Positions 10,169 through 23,699 of a stretch of DNA of 64,000 bases are shown in pieces. The translations under genes and the position numbers were made by a program. Position 1 is the first letter of the stretch, and each line of letters starts with the position of its first letter. Origin of the DNA: Octopus sinensis (taxonomy: Eukaryota); assembly GCF_006345805.1 (NCBI RefSeq), contig NW_021831752.1, positions 62,001-126,000 on the forward strand, in the 5' to 3' direction. The notes beneath the pieces are model-generated. The model saw nothing but the letters and a program-made list of their open reading frames with translations. It was not told the DNA's origin and ran no database searches.

Positions 10169-11646
10169 TTAAATATTGATTGCATAAATTGAGTAGAGAA
10201 TTTTGAAAATCATGGCAAAGAATAATACCATTCCACAAAGAGAAGCATACATTTCCAAAGCTCGCGTTGTTAAATGTTTTGAAGTGACAATTAAACGAAA
10301 TGTAGCAACGTGAAACTGTGCATAGTGACAAGAATAATATCCAGAATCCGAATATTTTAAATTTTCAATGTTCAAATGATCTCCGAGATCAACAGTTGTC
10401 CTTTCACCGTGCTTATAACATAATTAAATATCAAAATACAGTAATGGGAAGAATAACTGTCGATAGAGTGTCATTCTCAATATCACTAGTATATTGCCAA
10501 CGAATATTTCCTTCGACACTGTCAGCAAAATACACTTTCGGGCATTTGAATTTGACGGATTCGCCCTCGTTAGCCAATCTAACATATCTTTTGATTTGAA
10601 AGCTCATGAAATTTTTCCCAATCATTGAAAGTTTTTTTAGATCGTCGACAGAACTGTCATATGCCAATTTGAGCTCAAAATCTGAACACTTCTCGAAACA
10701 TTTTTCGACTTGAACGACATCAGACAACATTTTTGAATCAATCACTTTTTTAATAAAAAGTGAAAGACCAATGTCGTGACACCCATATGTATCATACAAT
10801 AACGAATTGGTAGAATATTTTGTGACCTTAAAGTTTTAAATTAATATGAATACGCGGCAAATTCCAAATCTACGTCGATATCCAGTAATATTACAATTGT
10901 CGCACTTGGACCATTTTTGCCATTCAATGTTGACCTCCCAATTGGATTCCCTGAAATGTTCCAATACAGGCTCGTCCTTCCACAAACAAACAGTCTTTAT
11001 GTTTGTATCTTTTCGCACGTGAATCTAAAATGTGAATTCATAGCCAAAAATTTCATACAATGTGTACGCAGGCAACGTCGTCGTTGACTAGAAGTTGATA
11101 GTGACCTGTGTCGTTCAAATCCAGAGTGTGAATTAACAAATTGTGTCTTCTCCACTCATATTTTGGGTCTCTTGAAGGATTTGCAGGGAAACCTTTTTGC
11201 CCAATTCCACTCGTCCTTATCCATTGGATGCGGTTTGTAATGTCTATCCGTTCACAGATTTCACAGCGGAGAACAAAACTTGTCCCTTTAGCCAGTGTTT
11301 CCACTATTATTGGAGGGGAATTCTCATTTTTACGTGCCATACAATCGAAATATTTCTTTGATGAGTTATACAAACGTTCTCTTTGGAACTTTCGATATAA
11401 AGTCAAAATGTATTGTCGATTTCTAGTCAAAACTGCGGTTTTTATGACCTCTCTGTTTGCTTTTTCGAATTCGATGGCAGCTTTTATTTCCTCTTTTGTA
11501 TTTTTTGTATAAAATAGAAGAGACTCTAAGTTTAGGCTGTATCCCATGATGTCATATTGTTCAAATAAATCATCAAATTTTTCTCTGAGGTTGCTAAGAA
11601 CAGTACTATGGGATCCATAGACTACAAATAGCAGCAAAAATATCAT
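10169..11646 (-). CDS. FAM187A: FAM187A-like type I membrane protein (signal peptide, Ig, Cys-rich segment, Ig, TM)
   Basis: MIFLLLFVVYGS signal; LDLNDTGHY; WQKWSKCDNCNITGYRRRFGIC; YGC...KCFEKC; TVDLGDHLNIENLKYSDSGYYSC...ATFRLIV; TM; introns of 34, 27 and 28 nt. Confidence 0.7.
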
Positions 11647-11961
11647 TGATAGTCCGATAATCTCTTTCCTATTTATAACTTGATTATTTCTTTTTTAGGC
11701 CATAATTTGAATTTTTTAAATTTATTGAAATTTGATATCCACAATGCCAAACTTGAAATACTTATTTAAATCTATCTTTCAATTGTGAAAAACCCTTCCT
11801 TAGTTTCTCGATAAAATTTTCAGAACGAATAAATACTGTTTATACGTCCATTGTGTGAATTATTTTCTATTTATATTAACAAAGTTATTTTTAAAAATAA
11901 ATTAACCCGGTAATTACTGTTTTGTTATCGTTGTATGCTTTTTGTGTTGATTGTATATAGT

Positions 11962-13375
11962 ATGAACAGATATTCCAGTTTAAATCTATCAACCAACTCG
12001 AGAAGGCCCCGTTTCTACCTCTCAGACCTCGACGGAGACGACAGTTATTTTTAATCCGAAAAACATTAATCAGGCATCCTCGAAAGAGACGCCGTACGTA
12101 ACAAAAACCAGGAATTAGCAGCTGATTTGGCACGTACCAAAATGGATATGGCGCGAATTCAAAAAGTCGTCAATAATTTAGAAAAAGAACGATTCGACTT
12201 GATATATTTAGACACGACAGAAAAGAAATTCACACGAGTTAAGAGTAGTGGTACACATCAAAGGAATGCCAAGCCAGACTCGTCAAAATAATAAACTCGA
12301 TCGAAAGTCAGTTTTCTCAAGTCCGAAATATTTTGGAAAGCCATTTCCACAAGTCCGTGATTTGATTAAAAATAGTAAAAACTGTGAATCTGTGAAGGAC
12401 ACGGTGATCGAGCCTTCCCGAAGCAGAATTGCCAGGTCCCCGGAAACCGAAAAACGTTTGAAAAATTCTATAAACAAGAATTCTGGTATTTAATATAAAC
12501 ATTTGTCAGAAACCTCAAAACATGCCGATTCGCTGATAGAACAGTGTGATGATTTGTCCCCCTTGGATGGTAATGAGTCAGAAAAGGCCCCTCAGGTTAT
12601 TAAGTGGGTCATCACGTCCTAGCTTGACTCTCTATTCAAGCAATTGTATATTCCTACTAAAAATGATTCGACCATCTGTAAAAATGAATCCTCGAATGTA
12701 TAAAAATACAAATTCTATATTTTGATGACCATTTCTCTCACTAACTGATAATATTTGTAGAATGAGACTATCGAACATCAAAGTGAGGTTTGTCAGGATA
12801 AATGACGATTGCAGTCGTTGGCGAGTCAAGTCAGTCCGAACCTGAGTTTTATGATTCTACGAAATAAAGCTGTGCCTCGCATGTCTGCTGCCTCAACTGT
12901 GAGTTCTTTTTTATATTGACAGATGAAAAAATGTGCGTTTAGAATATTAAGTGATGATTCGGAAGTGTCGTCGACGTTTAATGAAACTCAGAAATCGGAA
13001 ACTGTCGAAAAGCAGAGAAATGTTTTCAGTTTTGAAGGTGATGTTACAATCCCGGACAAAATATCGCCGAAAAAAAGAGAACCAGCTAAAAGTCGGCCAA
13101 TTAGGTCAAATTCGAGATCAAAGGCCAGTTCAAAGACTCGGTCTAAAGATTCCCGGACCAATGAACCGAAGACTCGATCAAAAAATGAGTCAAAAGAGAA
13201 CAAATTTTCCACAAATTCGGTAAAATCGTCAAAGGTGAGGAGTAAAACAAACGCGGATGATATTAAGAGGACACCGATGAAGGGAATGACAAATATTGAT
13301 GGGCTATCGTGTGCGACTGTATATAGTATCCTTATGTTTTAGGCCAAATCGACCAGTTCCAGAAAGAGAGGATAA
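11962..13375 (+). CDS. Unknown protein: N-terminal coiled coil, Ser/Lys/Arg-rich C-terminal half
   Basis: ORFs linked by 24-30-nt GT-AG introns; RNKNQELAADLARTKMDMARIQKVVNNLEKERFDL; one junction near 12150-12270 is unresolved. Confidence 0.6.
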
Positions 13376-13569
13376 AATGAGGTTAAGAAATGTCTTAAAA
13401 ATTGTTATAAAATAGTTATTACATTTTTTGAGTTATTTTTGATAAAGCAACTTTTAAGGTGAAATATAGATTTCGAGAAAATATTTGCCATTTGTCTGAG
13501 GGAGGAAAATAATAATTTATTTATTCAGCTATATAATATTTTGATTATAAATGAATATAAATTATTTAA

Positions 13570-14175
<606 letters not shown>

Positions 14176-14255
14176 TTGTTTTTATTAAATGAACTTGATA
14201 TAATTTAATAAATAATTCAAAAAATCTCATGGAAACATAAAAGTATTGTCTAAAC

Positions 14256-15574
14256 CAGGGCTGGCCAACCAAGGCCCGCGGGCCGCATGCGGCCCGCGAG
14301 AGAAATTTTGTATGTAGTAACCTATAAATACATTCAAGATAAATTTTTCTTAAGTTTAATAAATAAAGATAAATTTTATAAGTTTAATAAATTTTAAAGT
14401 TTATCTATTTTTGTAGCTGTTATCAATATGAAGAAAAGGAAAATTTTTGAAGAAAACAGGCAATTCAGCAATCATTGGGAAGAAGATTACTTTTTTATAA
14501 TGCATAATTCCAAGCCAACATGTTTAATTTGCAAGGAGAAAGTATCGGTGGTGAAAGAGTACAATGTAAGAAGACATTATGAAACAAAGCATTCCGAATA
14601 CGCGAAATTTAGTAAGGAATTGAAAACAAGGAAACTGGATTCGCTTAAATCTGAATTGAGAAATCAGCAAAGACTATTAAATTCATCGATACACTCTTCT
14701 TCTGATACTGTTAAAGCAAGCTACTCTGTTGCAATGATAATTTCAAAGAGAATGAAATCATCTGTGCTTTTTGGTAGATATAACCGAAAAAATAATCAAT
14801 TAAACAAGGAGTTACAAGGACAGGATAATTTGATTACTAATGCATGCCATCAAGTCAAAGCATTTCGAATGAAATTGTCATTGTTTGAATGTCAAATAAG
14901 AAATGGAAATGATCAACATTTTCCAACGCTAAATCAATTTAAAATCAGCCATTGTAAAAATTTCTTCAAGTACGCTGATGAAATAAAAAATCTTGCTGCA
15001 GCATTTGACAGTCGATTCTCGGAACTAAAAAAATATGAGAAAATGTTTGAAACATTTTCTTCTCCATTTCATGTTGACGTTTCTATTGTTTCAAATACTT
15101 TGCAGACGGAAATAATTGACCTACAGTGCAACAGTGAACTAAGACTTGTTTATCCTACTATATCAAAATTGACTTTATAACAAATATGTGACTGCAGAAA
15201 AATATCCCAACTTAAGAATTTTTGCACAAAGAGTTGTAAGCTCCTTTGGATCTACTTACGTATGTGAATCATTCTTTTCGAAATTAAAGTTTAGTAAAAG
15301 TAGATATAGATCTTCTTTAACAGATAAAAACTTAGAAAACCAATTAAGATGTGCAACTAGTGATTGTGAAGTTGATTTGAAAAAATTAAGTGAAGATAAA
15401 GAAAAACAGATTTCTCATTGATACGTATAATTGGACTGAATGCTATTTTACTAAATAAAATCTTATCTGTGTTGTTTTGATATCTATCCTTAGTATGTAC
15501 ATGTATATGCGGCCCGCGGAAAGGATTCATTTGGACAAAGTGGCCCGCGATGCGATTTGGGTTGGCCAGGCCTG
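14256..15574 (+). mobile_element. hAT (Buster/SPIN/GTF2IRD2-like) DNA transposon, internally deleted
   Basis: TIRs cagggctggccaacc / ggttggccaggcctg; identical 8-bp TSD gtctaaac on both sides; transposase pieces (CLICKEKVSVVKEYNVRRHYETKH, FGSTYVCESFFS). Confidence 0.95.
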
Positions 15575-16464
15575 GTCTAAACGATTGTCAATGGCAAAAA
15601 ACCGCAAAAATTGAATTGAAATTTTACTTCTAAAATTTTTACAGAGCAAGCATTAAAAACACACGACAAAGCATTGATTTATTTAAGTCAATACTTTTTT
15701 TACTTTGACCAAAAGGCACATAAGTGACTTTCACTTCGGTGTTATTTATCCGACCGACCCTGATCCAAATGATTATGTTTGGGGGAATGTTCTAAAAAAG
15801 CGATAAATTCTCAAAAATCTCAATGCTTTTCAGAATTCGCTATGTGAGAATTCTCCGACTGTCTAAATTGATCTGTCTAAATAACACCTTAAGAGAGCAT
15901 GGTGGTGATGCCTTATCATGTCGATGCACATAAATCCTACATTTCTTTATCTTATTCAAACCCTGTCATGTTCCAGAACATGTGTCCCTGACAGATAAAG
16001 CTCATTTTTAGCTTGGCATCACATGCATAAATCGTTTGCAGACAGTGGGAGTAAAGTCTTATTTTCTGTTCAAACCTTGTAGTATGACTTGAAGAACAGG
16101 AGGAAATATGACCTTCTCTCAAACTAGCTAGTGCTGATGCACCAAAGTCCACGTCATTCTGTGTGTGATGACATACTGGTCAACAAATACTGCAAAGGTT
16201 ACTGCTTGGTATAGATAAGTCTTTACAGGCTTATATGCAGTCAGTTATTTTTAAAAGGACGCTGGAGACTATTCCGTTTGATGCCTGCCGACCCGGTCTT
16301 TTCCTGACATTTAGTCAACAAGAGAAGAGGAAGAAGAGGGGAAGAAAGAATGCTACCTTATATAGAGCCAGAGAAAGGGGGAAGGAAAGTACGTTGGGAC
16401 GGTTACTTATTGACTCCGAAAGCTTAATTAGATAATTAATTTAAGAGAATTTATGATCAGTATG

Positions 16465-16677
16465 TAAAAATTACATTGGAAAATAATTTTCATTTCCTGT
16501 GTCGAAACTTCCTGTGTTTTTGGGGCCAAGACGCTTGCTCATCTCAAGAAACTTGGCCGCCTGTGCAGCTACTGCTCCAGAGATCCGAGGGAATTTATAT
16601 TCCTTATTCAGAGGATCTCGCTGGCTGTTTTACGCGGGAATTGTCTTTCAATCCTGCGAGCCAGTCATAATAGCTAG
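16465..16677 (+). mobile_element. CRE/NeSL-like RLE retrotransposon 3' fragment
   Basis: VETS..LGP then (frameshift) LKKLGRLCSYCSRDPREFIFLIQRISLAVLRGNCLSI*. Confidence 0.75.
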
Positions 16678-16868
16678 ATTTTTTTGACGATTTCTCTTAT
16701 TCATTAAATAATCTTTTATACTTCAAAAAATTCATTTTATTAGTTTTTTAATAAAAAATTCATTGGAGAAGAGATTTAGAAATTACCAGAATTATTTTTT
16801 TAATTAAATAAATATTTTCAGAGTGGAGTTCCACAATAAACTGATTAAATAACTTGAATTAACTCAAA

Positions 16869-17561
16869 ATGCACAAATCCTATCAGTTAGTTTCTCCAAG
16901 CCATAATAAGTATTTACAAAAAAAATGGGATGATTTAAAATATTTGGAACACCGATGCAGAGTATCTTTCATAAATGAATGTTTTAGATTAAGTCTGCAC
17001 GTTCTACCGTTGATAACAGTTCTCCTTCCACTGTTCCTCATTTAAAAACTCCCTCTAAGAAAACTAGGGTTACATTTAATGCAGAATTTAAAGCTTGCAA
17101 GAGAAGAAAAGGAAAACATAAATCAAACAAATCTCAAAATTTTAAATTCAATAAAAAATTACAAAAGCACAGCATGTAAACCGACTTTTCACTCTGTAAA
17201 AAGGTAACCAAAACAACAACAATTTGTAGTCTCAACTCAGACAGCAATCAAAGAACTGCTATAAAAATTGAAAATGAAAATTACAAAATTATGAAGCGAA
17301 TAGATAGTGTTAAAAATGTATATTCAAGAGAAAATTGGGAAAAGGATTTTAAAAATAACCTCGTTTATATGAACATGATTACCTGCTATCCAACTGATTT
17401 GTCTAAGCATAAGGTATTCTGAATAAGTATATTTAATTGACTGTATATAGTTCAATTGTTTTATTATACTTTTCTAATCGATATTATGTTTTTAGGATAC
17501 GAGAGTAGCCTACAGTAAGCTGGAAAATTTTCCGCGTGCCATGTCGAGATTTTATAGCATG
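16869..17561 (+). CDS. CFAP97D2: CFAP97 domain-containing protein (CFAP97D1/D2-like); not in the ORF track
   Basis: MHKSYQLVSPSHNKYLQKKWD..YLEHRCR|IKSARSTVDN...HLK..KKTR|LAREEKENI...K|SLN...KIENENYKIMKRI...YSRENWEKDF...YMNMITCYP; introns 26, 25, 26 and ~82 nt. Confidence 0.8.
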
Positions 17562-18599
17562 AAAAAATCTAATAAATACTAAAATGAGACTACTTTGTAT
17601 TAACCTACTAATTCTTATTGACTCATCAAAATTTATGTACGTCACTGATGATTAACTGCATTTTAATTAACGTTGAATTGAAATAGAAATAATCAATTAT
17701 TATAGCTATTTGGCCGTTTTTTGTCAATTACGTTGTTATCAATTTTAAAGTTAAATTGATAATTAATATTATCAGCTTTGATAAAAATAGTTTCAAATAA
17801 GATCGAAAAGTGAATAAACTTTTTTATTCCATTGAAAATATTTTGATTTTATTAATTATATTCAGAACTTTGTATTTAGACTGGGTTTTCAGGTTAATTT
17901 TATAAGGTGAACGATTTTTGTGAGAACCGTAAATATTGATATAAATTTGTAAAAACATACAATATAATGAAAAGTTTAGTCATCAAACTTACGTGATTGA
18001 AGTCCAAATGACGAAAAATAAATGACATTAGTCACGAAGACAACATTTAAATCTGATATAATTAATTTTAAAAAAACTGCCAAACTACAGGTTTTTAAGA
18101 GTGATGTAAATTAAGCTCTTGGCCAATTCCGCTAGTTTCAAAAAAAATTTTAGCGACTGTAAAAGTAAAATTTTACCAAACAAGAAAATGGGTATTAGCT
18201 GAAGCAAAGACATTACCCCAAACTATGGACAAAGAGACTTGTTTCGCTAAATACACCCTTCGACAAAATATTTGGTTATTCAATAATTCGTGCTTTTATT
18301 CATTTAAGAACGAATAAATGAATACTTTTAGATCCTTCAGATTTTTCAAAATGATATTTATTTTGTATTTATAATAAAAATAGATCAAAATTTTAATATT
18401 GTAAGAAATTAGATTACTGACATAAAAATTAGTTATAAAATTTTACCCTTAAAATTATTCTAGTATTTAGAGTTTGTTCTTGTATGAATTTTAATCAGAA
18501 AATATAAATTTTATTTTATAAAGAAAGGAATCCTCATTTTTCTTGTCAGCATTTGCCCGAAAGATTTTCTTTTTTGTTTAATACAAAAATTTCTCGAAA

Positions 18600-18890
18600 A
18601 ACAATCAACATTATTTTGAAAAAAGATTTTCTTCTCAAAGATAGCAAGATACAAAATCTAGCCTCAAAAAGTATCAAATTTTAAGTTTCCTGAACTTGAT
18701 GTAAAATTGGTTGAATGGATGGATTTGATTAAGTCTAAAGGTCTCTTATTTAGGGTCTATTATTTAGGCGGTTTTCTTAATGATGTCTTATTTCTATTAA
18801 GAGTATGTTTTTTGCGCAACAACTTAAACTAATAAATTTTAAAAACTCAAATGGTTTTTTGAAAAATTTTAAAAACGACATGGATTTTGA
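18600..18890 (+). mobile_element. Tigger/pogo transposase remnant (CENP-B HTH)
   Basis: KFPELDVKLVEWMDLIKSKG and SNGFLKNFK.RHG-like segments, degraded. Confidence 0.55.
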
Positions 18891-18940
18891 ATAGAACTAA
18901 TTTGAAGACAAAGAGGGCTAGAATTATTGAAGAAGATGTA

Positions 18941-20575
18941 CAGTGGGGCAAAAAAGTCACGGCACCTTTGCAAATTTTGACTAAATTTAACAATTCTTTG
19001 CAAAAAAATTATTAAATACATTACTTTAAAAAATAAATTAGTAATATAGAACTTTTTAGATAAATTATTAAAAAAACTATCTTAAAGGGAATTATTAATA
19101 GTGCACTAATTAACGATTTATTTTTAAAAGTCAATTTTTTGAAGGAAAAAAGTAATGGCACGAAATCCAATTAATATTTAGTTGCATTCCCTTTTGCTAG
19201 CAGAACTGCTTCCAATCGTTTTTTGTAAGAAAAAATTAGTTTTTGACATTCTACTTTAGAAATATTTTTCGATTCTTCGTAGCAAATTGTTTTTAATTCC
19301 TGGATATTTTTTGGTTTTCTTAAGCCAACTTTTATTTTAATATTTTCCATAAGTTTTCGATGGGATTCAGGTCTGGCGATTGACTTGGCCATTCCAAAAC
19401 ATTTATTTTGTTTTTTTCTAACCATTTAACGGTTACTTTTGACTTGTGCTTAGGATCGTTGTCATGCTGGAATGTCCAATGTTGTGTCAAATTTAAGTTC
19501 GCGACCGAAGGTAAAAGACATTTTTCCAAAATTTCGCAATATTTAAGAGAATTCATCATTCCATCAATTACAAATAGTTCACCAACACCTGTTGATGAAA
19601 AACAACCCCACAACATGGTACTACCTCCCCCGTGCTTTACGGTAGGTATGGTGCATTTTGGGATATACGCTTGATTTGATTTGCGCCAAATTGAAAGCGT
19701 GTAGTTCAGTCCGAAAAGTTGTATTTTTGATTCGTCCGACCACAAAATATTGTTTATGAATTCATTTTCTTTGTTCAAAAGATTTTTTGCATATTGGATT
19801 CGCGCTGAAAGGTGTGTTTTCTTTAATAACGGAACTCGACGGGGCCTTCGCTTATTGATACCTTCTTTGCGTAGTGTAGAAGTGATTGTACGAAGGGACA
19901 CTGACGTTCCTGTGATTTTTAAATTATCGGCCAATTCTTTTCGAGTTATTTTTGGGTTTGAAGTAACTAATCTTTTCATTAATGAAGAAGAACGCAGAGA
20001 TATCTTTTTTGGAGCACCCGATCTTGGTTTATTAATAACAGTTCCGCGTTGCTTCCATCGAGTAATAATATTTCGAACAGTACTTTTTGATAATATCAAC
20101 AATTTAGAAATCTCTCCATAACTTTTACCGTTTTGGTGGGAAGTTACAACTCGTTGTTTTAGGTCCAAAGAATGCTCTTTCCTCATCGACGAGATAATTT
20201 TAATAAAAGGCGAAAAATAAAAGTATATTTATACTAATCGGAATCTACTAATCAATTATATTAATAGAACTAAGAATCAATTATTTCAAAGAAAAAACAA
20301 GGCACCAAAAGATAATCATTTGTATCTTATTGTCAAAAAAATCCATATTTTTTGATAGTGTCATCACTTTTTTACACATCAAATTTGACGTTTTTCTAAA
20401 TATGAAGCAAAAACAATTATATTTATTTGAAATTCATGAATATAATTAGCACGAAATGGGTTCAAAAGAATGCAAGATTTTATTGTGTAGCATGATGAAC
20501 TAAATCGAAAAAGTTATCATTGTAAAAATATATTGAATTAAAAAATGATAGGTGTGCGACTTATTTGCCCCACTG
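18941..20575 (-). mobile_element. Tc1 (DD34E, IR/DR type) transposon, near full length, inserted at TA into a LINE
   Basis: TIRs cagtggggcaaaaaagt / acttatttgccccactg flanked by TA; inner DRs ~19145 and ~20360; transposase 20186-19171 with WSDESK, QHDNDPKH, SPDLNPIENLW; single -1 frameshift at ~19335. Confidence 0.97.
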
Positions 20576-20577
20576 TA

Positions 20578-22980
20578 TGTGAACTAGTTAGCGTTTAAAT
20601 ACAAACAAATATTGGATGGATAACAATTGGAGGTATTTATTCAAAAAAATTACGTGAATACCAATGGTTATTGACGAATTTTTTAACAAAAACGTGAATC
20701 CGATTTGGTTGGGGATTTGAACTCTAAGCATGTTGACTACGGATGTGTTGCAACAAATCAAGATGGAAAATGTCTTGTAAAGTGGATGAAATCAGGAGAA
20801 CTGAAAATATTGACGTCGGCAGAAATAAATCACTATGCAGCTTATAGTGGTGATAGACTTGGACTGTTCATAATGCCTCAAAAGATGAGTGAAATGTGCA
20901 ATCCTCCATATATTGAAAATGACGTAGGAAGTGATCACATTCCACGAACGATTGAATTAAGAACTGGCCCGGTTCACACACAGCACATATTCGTTGGATA
21001 TGATATTAGTAGAATTGATTGGAATCACTTCAATTTTTTCATCAGAATGAAACTTGGTGGTATAGATTCTTTGAGGATTTCGAAACCGAAAGATATCGAT
21101 AACCTGGATAACAAATTAAGATGCTTATTACTAAGTTATCTGGAAAATTATGGAAAAAGAAAAAATCTCCTACCACAGGAAAATATGATAATAGGAGTAG
21201 AAGAACGTTCTCTACGTCAGGAGAAGAATAAATTAGAAAATAAATTAAGGAGGTGTTGGGATTTCTTTGACTCCCAAGAACTTAAAATCCAGATCAAGTT
21301 AATAAAGAGGAAGATAATGAATGTTGTAAAGAAGAATGAAGAAAAAATATGGAAAGGGAATGTTCAAAGCTACATTGAAAGAATCCAAAATTTTGGAAAC
21401 TATTTGCAAGAATGGTCTCGCCAAGTAATAAAAAAGAAGAAATTTCTCTGAAATCAGATGATGGTTTTACTATTCCGAAGGAAGAAATACCGGATATATT
21501 ACGTAAACAATTGTCCAGAATTCAAGAGAGTGATCCAGCCACCTTTATTCCACAAGAAGTCCAAAATACAAGAAGTAATTATAAAGAAACGTCGAAACTG
21601 AATAGTCCCTTGTGCCAAACACAATAAGAAATAAATACTGCGATAAAAGGTTGCAAAAATAAAGCATCAGGATGGGATTTTATCCCAATGAGTATCTTCA
21701 AGAATGCGGACCAGATTTTAGTTGGATTACTAAATATATTGTACAATTCTTCGTGAAGTTTTGGACATGTTCCGTCGACCTGGAAACGAACAATTGTACG
21801 TATGGTCGTGAAAAAGGAAAGCCTAAGTCAAAAGCAGATAGCTATAGGCCAATTAGCTTAATCTGCTCAATTTCGAAAATTATGGAGAAAATTGTTTTCA
21901 ATCGTCTCTCAAGGCTTGTTGAGGATAATAATTTTCTCTCTGACAATCAATTAGGTTTTCGACATAAAAAAGGAACTGGAGATTGTCTCAGAGCTAAGAT
22001 CTGCAATTGATAGTTCGAGGAGAAAAAAGGAATTTCTTACAATAGCGTGCTTGGATATAACGAAGGCCTTTGACAGTGTTTGGCACTACGGACTTCTTGA
22101 TACGTTATCAAAAGCAGGAATTGAGAGAACCGCATTATTATGGATAGAAAACTTTCTTTCAAGAAGGAGGTCGTATATACGTGTTGGAAATTTAATTTCC
22201 AAGAAAATTGAATTACGAAGAGGGGTTCCGCAGGGATCAATTCTCAGCCCGCTACTTTTCAATTGTGTAATCAGTGAGTTACCAAAAACCGAGAGCATAA
22301 ATAGTCATATGATTATTTATGCTGATGACATTCTTGTGCTTGATTCAAGCATAAGTAAACAAAAAAAAGTAAACAAATTTAATGGAAAAGGGTAGAAACC
22401 CATATAAAAAATATTTGGAGGTGGTGCCAAAAAAATGGGTTGACTCTGTCAAGAGAAAATCAACAGTCACATGGATTGCAAGTAAAAGAAAAAAATATCG
22501 ATGAATATGTAAATACAGGAGATATAAAAACTCTGGAAAATTGGAGTATCTCGGAGTATCAATAGATCGAAGAGGATCTTTTAAGGATCATATCAAAACA
22601 CGAAGAGAGAAAGCTACAGGAATGTTGAAATCCTTAACTCGATTTCATTTGGAGCCTGAAACTTTTCTTTTTGTGTATTCTACATGTATTGAGCCATTCT
22701 TGATATATGGCTATCAAGGATGGTACATTTTTTTAATTGGTCCCTCCAATGTGACACCTCAAACCTGATATTTTCTATTCTGAAAAAGAAAAATTTCATC
22801 TTATCAGGTCTTCTGCCGTCCTCGGCAAAATCTTGTTAATTTTTTATTAAGAAACTGATTTGTACGAAATTACACAATGATATCAGAAATTTCTTAAAGT
22901 TTGGTTATTATCAACCAGAGAGTAAAACGGCTAACGAGTAGACTGCAGGTTGTATACAATGGAAAATTTAAAAAAACTAT
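20578..22980 (+). mobile_element. Degraded LINE ORF2 (APE plus RT); its APE continues left of the Tc1 at ~18895-18940
   Basis: GDLNSKH, SDHIP, YRPISL, DITKAFDSVWH, GVPQGSILSPLLF, YADD, YLGV in several frames with stops. Confidence 0.9.
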
Positions 22981-23699
22981 GAAATTTTATTAACAAAAGT
23001 TGCTCAAATAGAAACTCAGTTTGTTATGACATAAAAATGTGAGACCTGTTTGATAAGGAATTCGTATTTTAAAGATATTTTATATTAATAGCACGTGTGA
23101 GAAATAATAAATGATTGTTTGATTTATTTTTTGTTTGTCGAATCTCATTAAATTGTCTGAAAATTATACGATAATTAATACCAATCGTGCTAAATAAAAT
23201 TTTATCAATATTTTGAAGCAATTTCAAGTCCCCTATTTGTACAACAAAAACAATTTTCTCTTGGCTCAAATAATTTATGTACATATTTTCAAAAAATATG
23301 CCACAAAGTTGTAGGTTCAGAGGCAAATATTATCTGATCATAATAAACAATATTTTATGATTTTTAAAAGCATCATTAATATTAAAATTTATCTAAAAGT
23401 TTTTTTTACAATGTATTTAATCGAATTTTTTTGGGAAACCTAAAATTGAAAAACAGTATAATGGAGCGTTTAATTGATCGTTAGTCGGAATTGTTGGATG
23501 CTGAGGTTCTCAAATATAAACCACTATTTAAATCAATTTAACCCAATTTACTACTTTCTAGGAATCTTAACAAGAGTCTGCTGGAGTCGACGAATGTTAA
23601 GCTCCCATCAGTAAGTATCGATTACCTATTTATGCCGAAATCAATATTGAATATTGTTTTCACTTAAATTAATCCGAAATGTGGTCTAATAAGTTTCAG

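Noticed and set aside
15750-15920. Possible mariner/Tc1 C-terminal remnant (DPNDYVWG)
   Set aside because: Too short and degraded to support as a feature
15950-16440. Moderately GC-rich stretch with a purine run and TATA-like ttatatag
   Set aside because: No convincing ORF, splice pattern, terminal repeats or RNA structure; unexplained but unsupported
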